IMG/VR virus record: IMGVR_UViG_3300020044_005637
Location: 1 to 45,359 of that record
Origin: a virus
Taxonomy: Duplodnaviria > Caudoviricetes
Strand: one strand, 5' to 3'
Length of the DNA: 45,359 bases
The first letter of the stretch is position 1. Every line of letters begins with the position of its first letter. Positions 18,058 to 28,316 of this stretch are shown here, in pieces. The position numbers and the translations under genes were made by a program. The notes under the pieces are model-generated. The model saw nothing but the letters and a program-made list of their open reading frames with translations, was not told where the DNA came from and ran no database searches.

Positions 18058-19361
18058 TGGCAACAGGATTAGGTGCATTGATTTCTGGAGGCGTAGAAGG
18101 CTATCAGACAGTCAAGGAGATGCAACGCAAGGAAGCATTGCAAAAGAGAGAAGATCAACGCTTTGCAATGGAGCAACAGCGTTTTGATATAGAGAAGCAG
18201 AGATCAGAGCGTGAATTGGAGCAGCAGAGATTGGCTGACGAGGCCAAGAAAGAAGCTCTTTCCGTTATGGATGACGCAAAGTATGGACGTGGTGCGTTTG
18301 CAAAACTAGCAGACCCAACAAAAGTTCAGGCAGTCCAGCAGGCTACTCAATCTGTCGAACAGAAAGCAGGTACAAGTTATGACAGAGCGGAGGCCCGAAG
18401 ACTCGGCAGACCTATCGATGAGACCCAGACAGCCTCGGTTACTCCGCAAGAAGAGAACATCTTCAAGCAGGGTGGTGAGGGTTTGTACGCAGACCAGCGT
18501 GCTGCTGACAACTTGAAGTACCAGTTGATTGGCGAAGCAATGAAGAAGTCGCTCATCAATAAAGGTGATTTTGGTCAAGCCATGCTGGTTGACAGAGACA
18601 TCAAGAAGATGGAAGAGGAAGGCTACGAGCTTCAGCGCAAGAAAGCTGCGGCTCTTGTTATGGCTGGCGCTGCTCCAGAGCAGGTGGTTCCTGCACTTCA
18701 AAAGGTCTATGGTTTTATTGATGATGGCAAATCTATCGACCCAAAGAAAACTACCTTTGATGCAAAGACCAACACATACAACATAGCTGTTGTAGATCAG
18801 AAAACGGGCGAGGTTTCGACACGTCCAATGAATCAACAATCTATGCTGTCTGCATTGAATCAACTCAACCCTGCTCAAGTTCTTGATCTGAATATCAATT
18901 CAGCACGTCGTGCTGAAGATCTGGCGACAGCGGCAGCTAACCGCAAAGAAGATATTCTGCTTAAAAATCGTGAGCTTGACATTAAGAATAAAGAAGCTGG
19001 TGCTACGCTGGCATTCAGAAGCGCACAGATGACTGCTTTGCAAGATCAAGTCAAAGGTGCAGATGCAAAAGCCAAGGCAGAGACCATAGACAAGAGCTTC
19101 CCTTATGCTGACAAGGTGTATTCAGCAACCGACTTGGTTGGTAAAACAGATGCAGAAAAAGAACAACTAAAGGGCATGGTTGCAGCGGACACAAGATCAA
19201 GAAACTATGCTGTTGGCTTGGCTTCTCTGAATCCAAAGATCGATCCAAGGATTATCATTGGGGCAGCAAAAGCTGCGTCAACGACATACCCGAATCTTCA
19301 AAAAGACAAGTCAGGTCGCAGCTACTTCAGCTACGGTGGAAGTCAAATCTACATAGATTAA
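18054..19361 (+). CDS. DNA ejection protein 2
   Basis: GLGALISGGVEGY N-terminus then coiled coil; lies between ejection genes. Confidence 0.65.
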   Translation: MMATGLGALISGGVEGYQTVKEMQRKEALQKREDQRFAMEQQRFDIEKQRSERELEQQRLADEAKKEALSVMDDAKYGRGAFAKLADPTKVQAVQQATQSVEQKAGTSYDRAEARRLGRPIDETQTASVTPQEENIFKQGGEGLYADQRAADNLKYQLIGEAMKKSLINKGDFGQAMLVDRDIKKMEEEGYELQRKKAAALVMAGAAPEQVVPALQKVYGFIDDGKSIDPKKTTFDAKTNTYNIAVVDQKTGEVSTRPMNQQSMLSALNQLNPAQVLDLNINSARRAEDLATAAANRKEDILLKNRELDIKNKEAGATLAFRSAQMTALQDQVKGADAKAKAETIDKSFPYADKVYSATDLVGKTDAEKEQLKGMVAADTRSRNYAVGLASLNPKIDPRIIIGAAKAASTTYPNLQKDKSGRSYFSYGGSQIYID

Positions 19362-19370
19362 GAGGCAACA

Positions 19371-22300
19371 ATGGCAACAGGTCTGTCTTTACTTGGGTTG
19401 GATGACAAAGAAGAAAACCCTCTTTTTCTATCCAAAGAGGAGGCGCTGTCCACTGATGTTCTTCCACGCTCAAGAGGTTTTGAGCCTGCGCCAAGAACAG
19501 CTTTGGCCGTCCCATCTTCATCAGCTACTCCAACACCTGCGGGTGAGGAAAGAATGTCACTGGCAAGCATCCTTGATGCAAAGCTGAGTGCGCCTGTACC
19601 TCAGACCACTGGTGATCTAGCTGCTCCTGCTGAAGAAAAACGACAGAGCCTATCCAGTATCTTGGATTCAAAATTTGGAGTGACAGTTCCTTCGACAGAG
19701 CCTGCTGCAAAGCCTGCCGAAGAGACGGGCGACTTCCTTCGGGGTGGCGCAACAGCACTGGGACAGACACCAGCACTGGCATATGGTGCACTTGGACTAG
19801 CCGGAGCCGCTGGTGAGAAGGTCTTTGGAGAGGGTGGGTCAATGTCCTCCCTCAAGAAGTTTGGTCTCAATGAGTACCAGACCAGAATGAAAGAGATTGG
19901 CGCAACAGCCAAAGATACAGATGACGTAACCAAGGCTTGGGCAAGAGCCAAGCAAGGAGACCTTGGTGCGCTGGTTGACTGGGCGCAGTATGGCGTTGGC
20001 TACCTTGGCGGAAATATTGTTGAGACTGTTGCTACATCTGCTCTTGGCGGTCTGGTTGGTGGTTTTGCTGCTGGCCCTGCCGCACCTGCTGGTGCTGTAG
20101 CTGGTGCTGCCACTGGTGTGGTTGCTAGAGATGCTGTCAAGGGTGTGACCAAGAACCTCATCGAGGGCATGGTCGCCAAGGAAGCAGCTCGTCTGGCAGA
20201 AAAGGCTGGCGTTGAGACAGCAACAGATGTAATGCTGAAAGAAGCCACAAAGAATGTGGCAAAGAGCATTGGCTCTGGCGTTGCGCTGGCTGGCTCAAGC
20301 ATCATCAAAGAGACGGGTGGAATCTATGGTGAAGCTGAAGAGCAGGCGACCAAAGAAGGGCGTGAGCTATCGAGTGGAGATTTGGCTCGTGTCTTTGGTT
20401 CCGGCGTACTGGCTGGTCTGTCTGAGTTTGCAACAGATAAGCTGGGTCTTGAAGCTGCGGCTGGAAGGATAAAGATACCGGGTGGCGGTAGAACTGGCCG
20501 GGCGCTGATCGGTGGTGCAGCCGGTGTTGGTGCAGAAGGCGGGACAGAACTGTTCCAGACGGCTGTTGAACGTTTTGGCGCAGGGAAAACCCTGACTGGT
20601 GAAGATGCCATGAACGAGTACATCAATGCATTTGCATTGGGCGGGCTGGGTGGCGGCACAGTCGGCGCAGTAGTTGGCGCATTCCGTGATGGTAAAGCAT
20701 CAGCAGATAGAGTGCGACAGATTCTGGATCAGGCCAAAGCTGACATGACTTCTGACGATGGCCGTCAGGAATTGTTCGACGCAATGTACGACGATCCAAA
20801 GATTGGCGCAATTCTTCAGGCCAACAACATTGAATCTGGAGACGACCCAAGATTCCAAGATGTCATCATCAAGGCACTGGCAACACAGCGCATGTTGGTT
20901 GACTTAGAGGCTCCAACTCCTGAAGTCAGAGCTGAAACCAGAAAGCAGCGTGAGGCAGACATTCTTGCCGCATTTGGTGAGACGGCATCTACGGCAGTGG
21001 GCGGAAACACTGGTGCAATAGAGCCTGTTATCCAACGATCCAGCGTCACTCCTAATGAGGATACACGTACTCTGGAGGGCGAGGCTCAGCCGGTAATTCT
21101 CCCAGAGACAACAGGTGGTCAGGCCGGTACAGTGGCTCTCTCTCCTGAAGATTTGGCTGCCAGACGGGAAGGCTTCGAGCCGCTGGTTGGAATCCAGACA
21201 GAGGCAGGCCCTGTCGCAAACAGATTCTCTTTAGTCATAGATGCCGTGGAGTTTTTGGAAGGAAAGCTAGACCAAAAGACGCAGCAACGCACTGGTGGTT
21301 ACGCTCAGGCCGTCTTAGATAAACAAGGTCTTGAGGCAAGAATTCGTCGGGGTAAGCAATCCGCAGCCGAAGGCGGTAACACGTTCTACTTTATCGAGAC
21401 ACGCAAGAAGCCAACAGAGGCAGCTCCGGTAGTAACAGCTCCAGCTCCGGCGGTAACGCCTGCCGCTCCGGTAGTAACGCCTTCCGTCACCCCAACAAAG
21501 GGCAAGAAAGCCACCATCCCTGCACTTACACCAGAGGAAGAGCAGCAACAGATTCCGCTTCGCACTAGAGCAGAGGAAATAGCAAACGAGTTGGAGACAT
21601 TGGGCGGAGACAAGAATTTAATTCAAGGTATCCGCTCCACTGTAGCCAACAAATCCCGCATTCAGAATAACGATTTCTATGAAAGCAAGCTGGCTGAACT
21701 GAAAGCACTCAAAGGAGTTGGAGTGCAGAAGGTGACAGAGCAGCGTAATCTGTCTGCATACCTCTCCAGCAGCAAACGAGATCAAGGTCGCTACAACGAA
21801 TACATTGGCAATGCAGACATAGGCCCATTCTTGCAGTCGGCCAATGACGCTATTCAACAATTGACCACATTCATCAACAACCTTGGATACGCTGTTGCTG
21901 ATGTGAATAATGCGACTCCTGACAAACGTGCATTGTTTGCCAAGAACCTCATGTCTCAGATTGCTGGCTCAACATCTAGGATGCTGTTGAAGCGGGAGGC
22001 ATTTGACAAGAAATATAAGAGCGCAAACCTTGAGCAGAAGAACAAGTCCCTTGTGGATTTGCAAAAAGATCTTGTCGCAGCGCAAGAGTATTTAACCAAA
22101 CAGGGAGAACCAAATGCCACTCAAACAAGGCAAGTCACAGAAGGTGGTCAGCCAAAACGTGAAGACACTGGTGGAGGACTTCAAACGGTCGGGGAAAATC
22201 GGAACGTCACACCCCAAGAACAAACAAACGGCAGTGAAACAGGCGGTAGCAATAAGCCTGTCGAAGGCGGGGCGCAGCCGCAAGAAGTAAAACCAGCAGT

Positions 22301-25300
22301 CGACCCTGCATTACAGGCTCGCATCAAAGACCGAATCAACAAGGCATACGAAGAGAGTGGCCTTGACTTGGAAGATGTGGTCAAGCTAAACAAGATGGTC
22401 GATGATGGCGATTTGGCTGGGGCAGTCGCACAGATGAAGAAGATTGTTGAAAACAATCTGGGTGCGGGTGCTGGCGCTAGGTTCAGCATGAGCAGGGAGC
22501 AACAGACCACCACTACCGGAAGGGATTTTAGCTATGCCAAGCTCAAAACGGTTGACGATCTCAACAGCGAAGTCAGAGCCTATCTCAAAAGACAAGGCAG
22601 CACCGGAACCTTCACGGCGAAAAGAGTTCCTCTGGGCGATATTGTTGGAAAGGTTCCCGGCATCTCTGCCGTCCAACGAGTTGCCGCTCTGTTCGGAAAA
22701 AAGCCTGTCTATTTTGCAGTGGAGGAAGGAAGTATCAATGACTTCGACGGGGCAGTCCTTTCGGGGTCGGACACCATCTTCATCAACGTAAACAGCAGCC
22801 GTCCACATATCCGTATCTTCGGCCATGAGCTTGTGCATTCACTCCGTGCGTCCAACAACTCGACGTACAGAAGGCTGGTCAACTCACTGACACCTCTGCT
22901 CGATCAGGCTGGAATGCTGGATTACGCAATGGTCATGGGTAAAGAGGGAGTGAAAGATCCCGCACTGATTCTGGAAGAAGCCATCGGAGATATTGTTGGC
23001 GACAGATTCGGTGAGTCTGCCTTCTGGCAAATGCTGGCTGATGACAACCCAACGATGTTTGAGCAGGTTGCTCGCATTGTCATGGACTTCATTGACAATG
23101 TACTTGCGAAGCTGCGTGGAGACCAGAGCCTTGGCTCAAAGAATCTAGTGACAGATTTGAATGCTGTGCGTCGTGCAGTTGCTGATGTTCTCGGAAGCAT
23201 ACAGCAGCCGACACAAGAAGCCGCAGTTCAAGCAGAAGCAGGCATTCAGTTCAGCCGATCAAAAGAAAATGAGACCTTCTACTCTGCAATGGAGCGTGGA
23301 TTTGAGTCTGTCAAACAAGCATCTATGCCTGCACAACAGTGGAAGGCGTGGCTTAATTCAAACAAGTCTAAGCTCGGTATCAAGAACGCTGAGATCGAGT
23401 GGACTGGTATTGAGGAGTGGCTTGATCTACAAGAAGGCAAAGTAGAGAAGCAGGACATTCTGAACTGGATTGCTGGCAACAAAGTCCAACTCAATGACAT
23501 TATTCTTGATGGATCTGGCAAGTATTTAAGTGATGATGATATTCTTGAGATGTATTCACAAAGCACTGGCGAATACATAGAAGACATTACTCTGACAAGA
23601 CAAGAAATGATTGATGAGATGTCTTTGCCTGAGTACATGCTCAAGGGTACTAAACACAACAGGGCAACAGGAAGAACTCCAACTGTTCTCCCTTATGGCA
23701 AAGACTACTTTGAACTTGTTCTGACAGAGCCATCAATAGCTCCGTACAACGACACGGATACGATTCACTTTGGTGACGTTGCTGGAGGAAAGCATATCGG
23801 CTGGATTCGTGCAAATATCAGAAAAGATACTGAAGGCAATGATGTCTTGTTCTTAGAAGAAATTCAAAGTCAACGTGCTCAGTCAGCTAGAGATGTTGGC
23901 ATTGTTGATGGCAAGAACAAAGACATACCAAGTAACTGGACTGTTGAGGAATCTTTCGACAAGTACGGCAACTCTATGGGTTGGGCAGTTCTTAATGACA
24001 GCAAGACCCAAGTTGGCTTGTATGGAGACACAAAAGAAGAGGCAATTCAATCTGCATTGGCGAGCGGTGTACCAAATGCACCATTCATTAAAGAAACAAA
24101 ATCATGGGTTGCATTGCTGATTAAAAGGGCCATTGCTTATGCACAAACAAAAGGCATAGACAGAATCTCTTGGACTACTGGAGATCAGCAAAATCAACGG
24201 TACAGGCTGTCTGAATCTGTTGATGAGATTTATTACGACAAATATGATAATGGCGCTTATGAGGTGTCGGCACAGAAGGATGGAAAAGAAATTGGCATTG
24301 GTTCTGGTCGCCTTACTTTGGGACGCATACGTCAAATCTACGGCAAAGATATTGCCAAGATGATTGAGGATGGATCTGGCGAAAAGACTGATGCAGGCGT
24401 GTCTGTTATTCGAGGAAAAAATCTTGATGCTGGCGGATCTGGAATGCGTGAGTTTTATGATGTCATTGTTCCATCCGTTGCCAGATCAATCATTGGGAAG
24501 TCTGGAACTGTTGATGTCATGTACGCCATCACTAGAGATCCATATATGGATTCTCCAATAAATGTGGTTGGTATTGGTGACGGCAAATATCAGTTGATGC
24601 GTAATGTTGATGGCGAAGAAACACCCGTCAGCAAAAAATTTGATTCTTTTGATGAGGCAAAAAATTCTCGTGTTTCAATGTATGCGGCTGAAGACATGGG
24701 GGCTACACCGCAACTTGGCTTTGTAATTCCTGAATCTCTGCAAGAGCAGGTCGCCAACGATGGCTTCCCAATGTTCAGTCGTCGCCGATACGAGGAACAG
24801 TTCTCTGACCTCGATGACAAAACAAAAGAGGCGGCCATACGTAAGGGCTACTACACTCCTCCGACAATCAAAGAGCGACTCGATCATTTGAAGCCACGCA
24901 TATGGGATCGCATTATCCAAGGAACATTCGACAAGTTCCGTGCAGTAAGAGGCGTTAGCGAGAAGGCATACATGATGTTGCGTATGTCGGCTGGATCACA
25001 AGATGGTGCTGTATCTACACTCCTGCACTATGGTCAGGTGTTCGATGATGACGGCGCATTGAATGTGAAGAAGGGAACGAGTGGATTGCTCGATGTTCTG
25101 AAGCCAGTGGGTGGAGAGGTTGATCGCTTCCTGCTTTGGATCGCAGCTAACCGTGCCGCCAATCTGTCGAAGGATGAACGAGAGCGTTTCTTCAAGCCAG
25201 AAGATATTCGCATGCTTCAGAAGCTGAACATGGGAACCATGAAGGACGGAAGCTCCCGGGTCGGCGTGTACGCTGAGGCCCTGAAGAACATGAATGAGTT

Positions 25301-27377
25301 GAACAGATCTGTCCTAGATGTCGCAAGATCAACAGGGCTTATCGATGCTGAAGCATACAAGCGATTCTCTGCTGACATTTGGTATGTTCCGTTCTACCGC
25401 CAAATGGAAGACGACGGCAGCTTGTCTGCTGCTCAAACATCTTCTGGTGCTGTTGGTCAGTATCTGTCCAAGAAGTTGAAGGGTAGCGACCGCCCATTAA
25501 ATGACCTAATGGAAAACGTCTTGATGAACTGGACGCACATTCTGTCCGCCTCGATGAAGAACAAGGCTGCGGTCGAAACTTTGAAAGCCGCATCAGACAT
25601 GGGCGACATTGTCACCAAACTTCCTGCCCAGATGAAAGGCGCAGTGAAGGTAATGGAGGGCGGCAAAGAAACCTACTACCAGATCGATGATGAATTCCTG
25701 ATGAACTCACTGACCGCAGTGGCTCAGGCTCCAAGTTATGGATTCTGGATGGACACTGCCCGTGGGTTTAAGACTACGCTGACAAGATTTATCTCCTTGT
25801 CCCCCACCTTCAAGATCAACAACTTGATTCGAGACTCAATCCAATCTATTGGCCTGTCTGAGCTGAGCAATAACCCAATGGGTAACGTCTTGCAGGGATG
25901 GAGAGCATACAAGGATGACCGAGCAGAAGCCTTGGCCGGTGGCGGCTTGTTCGCTATGGGCAACGCATTTGATGGAGACCAGTCCGCAGCCGTGAAGCGC
26001 CTGCTTAAGACAGGCGTGAACAAGGCTGACATCCTCGATACCAAAGAAAAGGCAGCGGCATTCTTTGCATCTGTTCAGGATAAGTACGACGAGCTGAGTG
26101 ATGCATCTGAGAATGCCAACCGCCTTGCTCTGTACCAGCAACTCCGAGCAAAGGGTGCATCTCATCTTGAGGCATCGTATGCTGCCAGAGATTTGCAAGA
26201 CTTCAGCTTGCAGGGTGGATGGACAGCAATCAGATACGCATCACAGGTTCTGCCGTACTTCAATGCTCGCTTACAGGGTATGTACAAGTTGGGTAGAGAT
26301 GGCCTCGATCCAACCATGCAGGTACTGACCGGCAAGGCATCCGACACTGAGAGACAGAAGGCAGCAAAGTTTGCTACCGTCACTGGTGCGGTTGTGACTG
26401 TTGCCATGATCTTGTATCTGTCACAGAAAGACGACGACGACTGGAAGAAGCGTGAGGATTGGGATCGTGATGCCTTCTTCTGGTTTAAGTTGCCGGGCAC
26501 AGACAAAGCCGTCCGCATTCCAAAGCCATTCGAGATGGGCGCAATCGCAACTATTGTCGAGAGGGCCTTAGAGCAGATGGTTGACTCCAGTGTAGAGGGC
26601 AAGGTCTTTGGGCAAAGATTGCTCCACGTCCTGACAGACAACTTTGCCATCAACCCAATACCTCAGGCTGTTCGCCCCATCTACGACATCGCTCGCAACA
26701 AGGATGGGTTCACTGACCGCCCAATCGAATCTATGGGTATGGAGCGCATCTCTGTCGAGAACAGAGTCAGCCCCGGAACATCAGGTGCTGCCGTTGCAAT
26801 CGGTACGATCAACAGCATGTTTGCTGAGTTTGCGTCCAAGGTAACGGGCGGCGCAATCAACTCACAATCTGTTCAGTTGTCGCCGATCCAGTACGACTAC
26901 ATGATTAAGGGATACCTTGGTTGGGTCGGCACAGGAATCCAGACAGCGTCGAATGTGATGGCAACCCCATTCAAAGATGGGGCATCATCCAGATACGAGC
27001 GCATCGATGACTACTTGGTTGTCGGCAACTTTGTGAAGACCGTGCCACAGTCACAATCCCGCTACGTCACATCGTTCTACGAGAACGCCAAAGACATAGC
27101 GACGGCATCAGCAGATGTCAGTCACTTCCTAAATGCTGGGCAGTTTGAGAAGGCCAATGAAATCTACTTAGCAAAAGCTGATAAGCTGGCGCTGGCTAAG
27201 CTGTACAACAAGGGCACGAACATGATGTCATCCATCAGCAACCAGATCAAGATGGTTGAAGACGATAAGGTGATGACTGGCGCACAGAAGAGATTGGAGA
27301 TTGAGCGGCTTCAACAGGTACGCATACAGATAGCGAAGGACGTTGAAGACGTTCGCATTTCCTCCAAGAAAAAATGA
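19371..27377 (+). CDS. Giant ejection/internal virion polyvalent protein (2668 aa) with HExxH zincin-like segment and LPD38-like C-terminus
   Basis: Gly/Ala-rich hydrophobic N-region; GHELVH...EEAIGD; LFLEEIQS domain; RIPKPFEMG C-terminal motif. Confidence 0.8.
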   Translation: MATGLSLLGLDDKEENPLFLSKEEALSTDVLPRSRGFEPAPRTALAVPSSSATPTPAGEERMSLASILDAKLSAPVPQTTGDLAAPAEEKRQSLSSILDSKFGVTVPSTEPAAKPAEETGDFLRGGATALGQTPALAYGALGLAGAAGEKVFGEGGSMSSLKKFGLNEYQTRMKEIGATAKDTDDVTKAWARAKQGDLGALVDWAQYGVGYLGGNIVETVATSALGGLVGGFAAGPAAPAGAVAGAATGVVARDAVKGVTKNLIEGMVAKEAARLAEKAGVETATDVMLKEATKNVAKSIGSGVALAGSSIIKETGGIYGEAEEQATKEGRELSSGDLARVFGSGVLAGLSEFATDKLGLEAAAGRIKIPGGGRTGRALIGGAAGVGAEGGTELFQTAVERFGAGKTLTGEDAMNEYINAFALGGLGGGTVGAVVGAFRDGKASADRVRQILDQAKADMTSDDGRQELFDAMYDDPKIGAILQANNIESGDDPRFQDVIIKALATQRMLVDLEAPTPEVRAETRKQREADILAAFGETASTAVGGNTGAIEPVIQRSSVTPNEDTRTLEGEAQPVILPETTGGQAGTVALSPEDLAARREGFEPLVGIQTEAGPVANRFSLVIDAVEFLEGKLDQKTQQRTGGYAQAVLDKQGLEARIRRGKQSAAEGGNTFYFIETRKKPTEAAPVVTAPAPAVTPAAPVVTPSVTPTKGKKATIPALTPEEEQQQIPLRTRAEEIANELETLGGDKNLIQGIRSTVANKSRIQNNDFYESKLAELKALKGVGVQKVTEQRNLSAYLSSSKRDQGRYNEYIGNADIGPFLQSANDAIQQLTTFINNLGYAVADVNNATPDKRALFAKNLMSQIAGSTSRMLLKREAFDKKYKSANLEQKNKSLVDLQKDLVAAQEYLTKQGEPNATQTRQVTEGGQPKREDTGGGLQTVGENRNVTPQEQTNGSETGGSNKPVEGGAQPQEVKPAVDPALQARIKDRINKAYEESGLDLEDVVKLNKMVDDGDLAGAVAQMKKIVENNLGAGAGARFSMSREQQTTTTGRDFSYAKLKTVDDLNSEVRAYLKRQGSTGTFTAKRVPLGDIVGKVPGISAVQRVAALFGKKPVYFAVEEGSINDFDGAVLSGSDTIFINVNSSRPHIRIFGHELVHSLRASNNSTYRRLVNSLTPLLDQAGMLDYAMVMGKEGVKDPALILEEAIGDIVGDRFGESAFWQMLADDNPTMFEQVARIVMDFIDNVLAKLRGDQSLGSKNLVTDLNAVRRAVADVLGSIQQPTQEAAVQAEAGIQFSRSKENETFYSAMERGFESVKQASMPAQQWKAWLNSNKSKLGIKNAEIEWTGIEEWLDLQEGKVEKQDILNWIAGNKVQLNDIILDGSGKYLSDDDILEMYSQSTGEYIEDITLTRQEMIDEMSLPEYMLKGTKHNRATGRTPTVLPYGKDYFELVLTEPSIAPYNDTDTIHFGDVAGGKHIGWIRANIRKDTEGNDVLFLEEIQSQRAQSARDVGIVDGKNKDIPSNWTVEESFDKYGNSMGWAVLNDSKTQVGLYGDTKEEAIQSALASGVPNAPFIKETKSWVALLIKRAIAYAQTKGIDRISWTTGDQQNQRYRLSESVDEIYYDKYDNGAYEVSAQKDGKEIGIGSGRLTLGRIRQIYGKDIAKMIEDGSGEKTDAGVSVIRGKNLDAGGSGMREFYDVIVPSVARSIIGKSGTVDVMYAITRDPYMDSPINVVGIGDGKYQLMRNVDGEETPVSKKFDSFDEAKNSRVSMYAAEDMGATPQLGFVIPESLQEQVANDGFPMFSRRRYEEQFSDLDDKTKEAAIRKGYYTPPTIKERLDHLKPRIWDRIIQGTFDKFRAVRGVSEKAYMMLRMSAGSQDGAVSTLLHYGQVFDDDGALNVKKGTSGLLDVLKPVGGEVDRFLLWIAANRAANLSKDERERFFKPEDIRMLQKLNMGTMKDGSSRVGVYAEALKNMNELNRSVLDVARSTGLIDAEAYKRFSADIWYVPFYRQMEDDGSLSAAQTSSGAVGQYLSKKLKGSDRPLNDLMENVLMNWTHILSASMKNKAAVETLKAASDMGDIVTKLPAQMKGAVKVMEGGKETYYQIDDEFLMNSLTAVAQAPSYGFWMDTARGFKTTLTRFISLSPTFKINNLIRDSIQSIGLSELSNNPMGNVLQGWRAYKDDRAEALAGGGLFAMGNAFDGDQSAAVKRLLKTGVNKADILDTKEKAAAFFASVQDKYDELSDASENANRLALYQQLRAKGASHLEASYAARDLQDFSLQGGWTAIRYASQVLPYFNARLQGMYKLGRDGLDPTMQVLTGKASDTERQKAAKFATVTGAVVTVAMILYLSQKDDDDWKKREDWDRDAFFWFKLPGTDKAVRIPKPFEMGAIATIVERALEQMVDSSVEGKVFGQRLLHVLTDNFAINPIPQAVRPIYDIARNKDGFTDRPIESMGMERISVENRVSPGTSGAAVAIGTINSMFAEFASKVTGGAINSQSVQLSPIQYDYMIKGYLGWVGTGIQTASNVMATPFKDGASSRYERIDDYLVVGNFVKTVPQSQSRYVTSFYENAKDIATASADVSHFLNAGQFEKANEIYLAKADKLALAKLYNKGTNMMSSISNQIKMVEDDKVMTGAQKRLEIERLQQVRIQIAKDVEDVRISSKKK
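21421..21482 (+). repeat. Imperfect tandem repeat (gctccgg(t/c)(a/g)gtaac x3) coding an APVVT/APAVT linker
   Basis: Seen directly in the sequence. Confidence 0.7.
22114..22290 (+). CDS. Nested 58-aa basic protein in the +1 frame of the giant gene (DUF6496-like)
   Basis: GGAG RBS then MPLKQGKSQKVVSQNVKTLVEDFKRSGKIGTSHPKNKQTAVKQAVAISLSKAGRSRKK*; KQAVAI.LSKAG is a recognisable phage family motif. Confidence 0.8.
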   Translation: MPLKQGKSQKVVSQNVKTLVEDFKRSGKIGTSHPKNKQTAVKQAVAISLSKAGRSRKK

Positions 27378-28000
27378 AGGAGTGCAGTAAGTCTATGCTT
27401 CGCAGAGTTCGTGATCCGAACTTTGTGAGGCGCTACTTTGTTGGCGACGGCATAGACATTGGTGGCAAGCCAGACCCCATCTCAGCACATAGGGATATGT
27501 TCAGTGGCATGGGTAAGGTGAGGGTGTGGGATTGGGATGATGGTGATGCTCAGCATATGTCTGGACTCGCAGCCGAATCCTTAGACTTCGTCCACAGCAG
27601 CCACTGCCTTGAGCATCTGGTCAACCCACGTCAGGGATTAAAGACTTGGTTCAATCTGTTGAAGCCAAGCGGACACCTGATCGTGACCGTGCCTGATGAG
27701 GACTTGTATGAGCAGGGCGTATTTCCAAGCACATACAACTCAGATCATAAGTGGACGTTTACTACGTACAAAAAATACTCTTGGTCAGACCAGTCTATTA
27801 ACGTGACAGATTTGGTTGTTGGGCTGGGTGAGCTGGCCGAGGTAATTAAGATCGAGATGATTACTGAGAACTACCAGTACGGCACGAACAGAATAGACCA
27901 AACACTGTTCCCCGGAACAGAGTGTGCGATTGAGTTTATTGTTCGAAAGAGAACAGTTCAAGAGCTTGCCGACAGAGGAAGATGGAGGAGATCGATATGA
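27374..28000 (+). CDS. Class I SAM-dependent methyltransferase
   Basis: GIDIGG motif I; LDFVHSSHCLEHL; LLKPSGHLIVTVPD. Confidence 0.85.
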   Translation: MKECSKSMLRRVRDPNFVRRYFVGDGIDIGGKPDPISAHRDMFSGMGKVRVWDWDDGDAQHMSGLAAESLDFVHSSHCLEHLVNPRQGLKTWFNLLKPSGHLIVTVPDEDLYEQGVFPSTYNSDHKWTFTTYKKYSWSDQSINVTDLVVGLGELAEVIKIEMITENYQYGTNRIDQTLFPGTECAIEFIVRKRTVQELADRGRWRRSI

Positions 28001-28138
28001 CCACATACATGGGATAGCCTGTCGCCCAGTGAGAAGGCCGCAACAAACAAGGCCAAGTCACAGGGCAACAAGCAAGGGAAGCAGTTCGTATCTCAGCCTA
28101 AGAAGATTGCTCAGAAGACGAAGGAGTTTCGCCGTTGA
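28001..28138 (+). pseudogene. Start-less C-terminal remnant of a small basic phage gene (DUF5872-like)
   Basis: In frame after the methyltransferase TGA: PHTWDSLSPSEKAATNKAKSQGNKQGKQFVSQPKKIAQKTKEFRR*. Confidence 0.6.
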
Positions 28139-28316
28139 CAGGTACATTCCGGTGGCGGTCAATCCACTCCGTTATGTCCTCACGGTAAGACTTCCATCTT
28201 CCGTTCTCATCGAACCGGAATGCGGGGATCTTCCCTGACACACACCATTGTCTGGCTGTTTCTGCCGTGACTCCAAGCATCTTGGCAATTTCACCAGCAC
28301 CAATGATTTCTTTCAT
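28098..28316 (-). CDS. Excisionase/MerR-like HTH DNA-binding protein
   Basis: EIAKMLGVTAETARQWCVSGKIPAFR...WK pattern. Confidence 0.8.
   Translation of the reverse strand: MKEIIGAGEIAKMLGVTAETARQWCVSGKIPAFRFDENGRWKSYREDITEWIDRHRNVPVNGETPSSSEQSS

Noticed and set aside
22534-22791. Second possible nested +1-frame ORF (85 aa) with a purine-rich upstream sequence
   Set aside because: No recognisable family motif, and it overlaps a host-frame region that looks folded; cannot be supported.
19393-26844. Numerous antisense and alternative-frame ORFs within the giant gene
   Set aside because: Expected shadows of codon bias; only 22114-22290 has both an RBS and a family motif.
27374-28000. DNA methyltransferase call
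   Set aside because: No DPPY/NPPY or PC catalytic motif.
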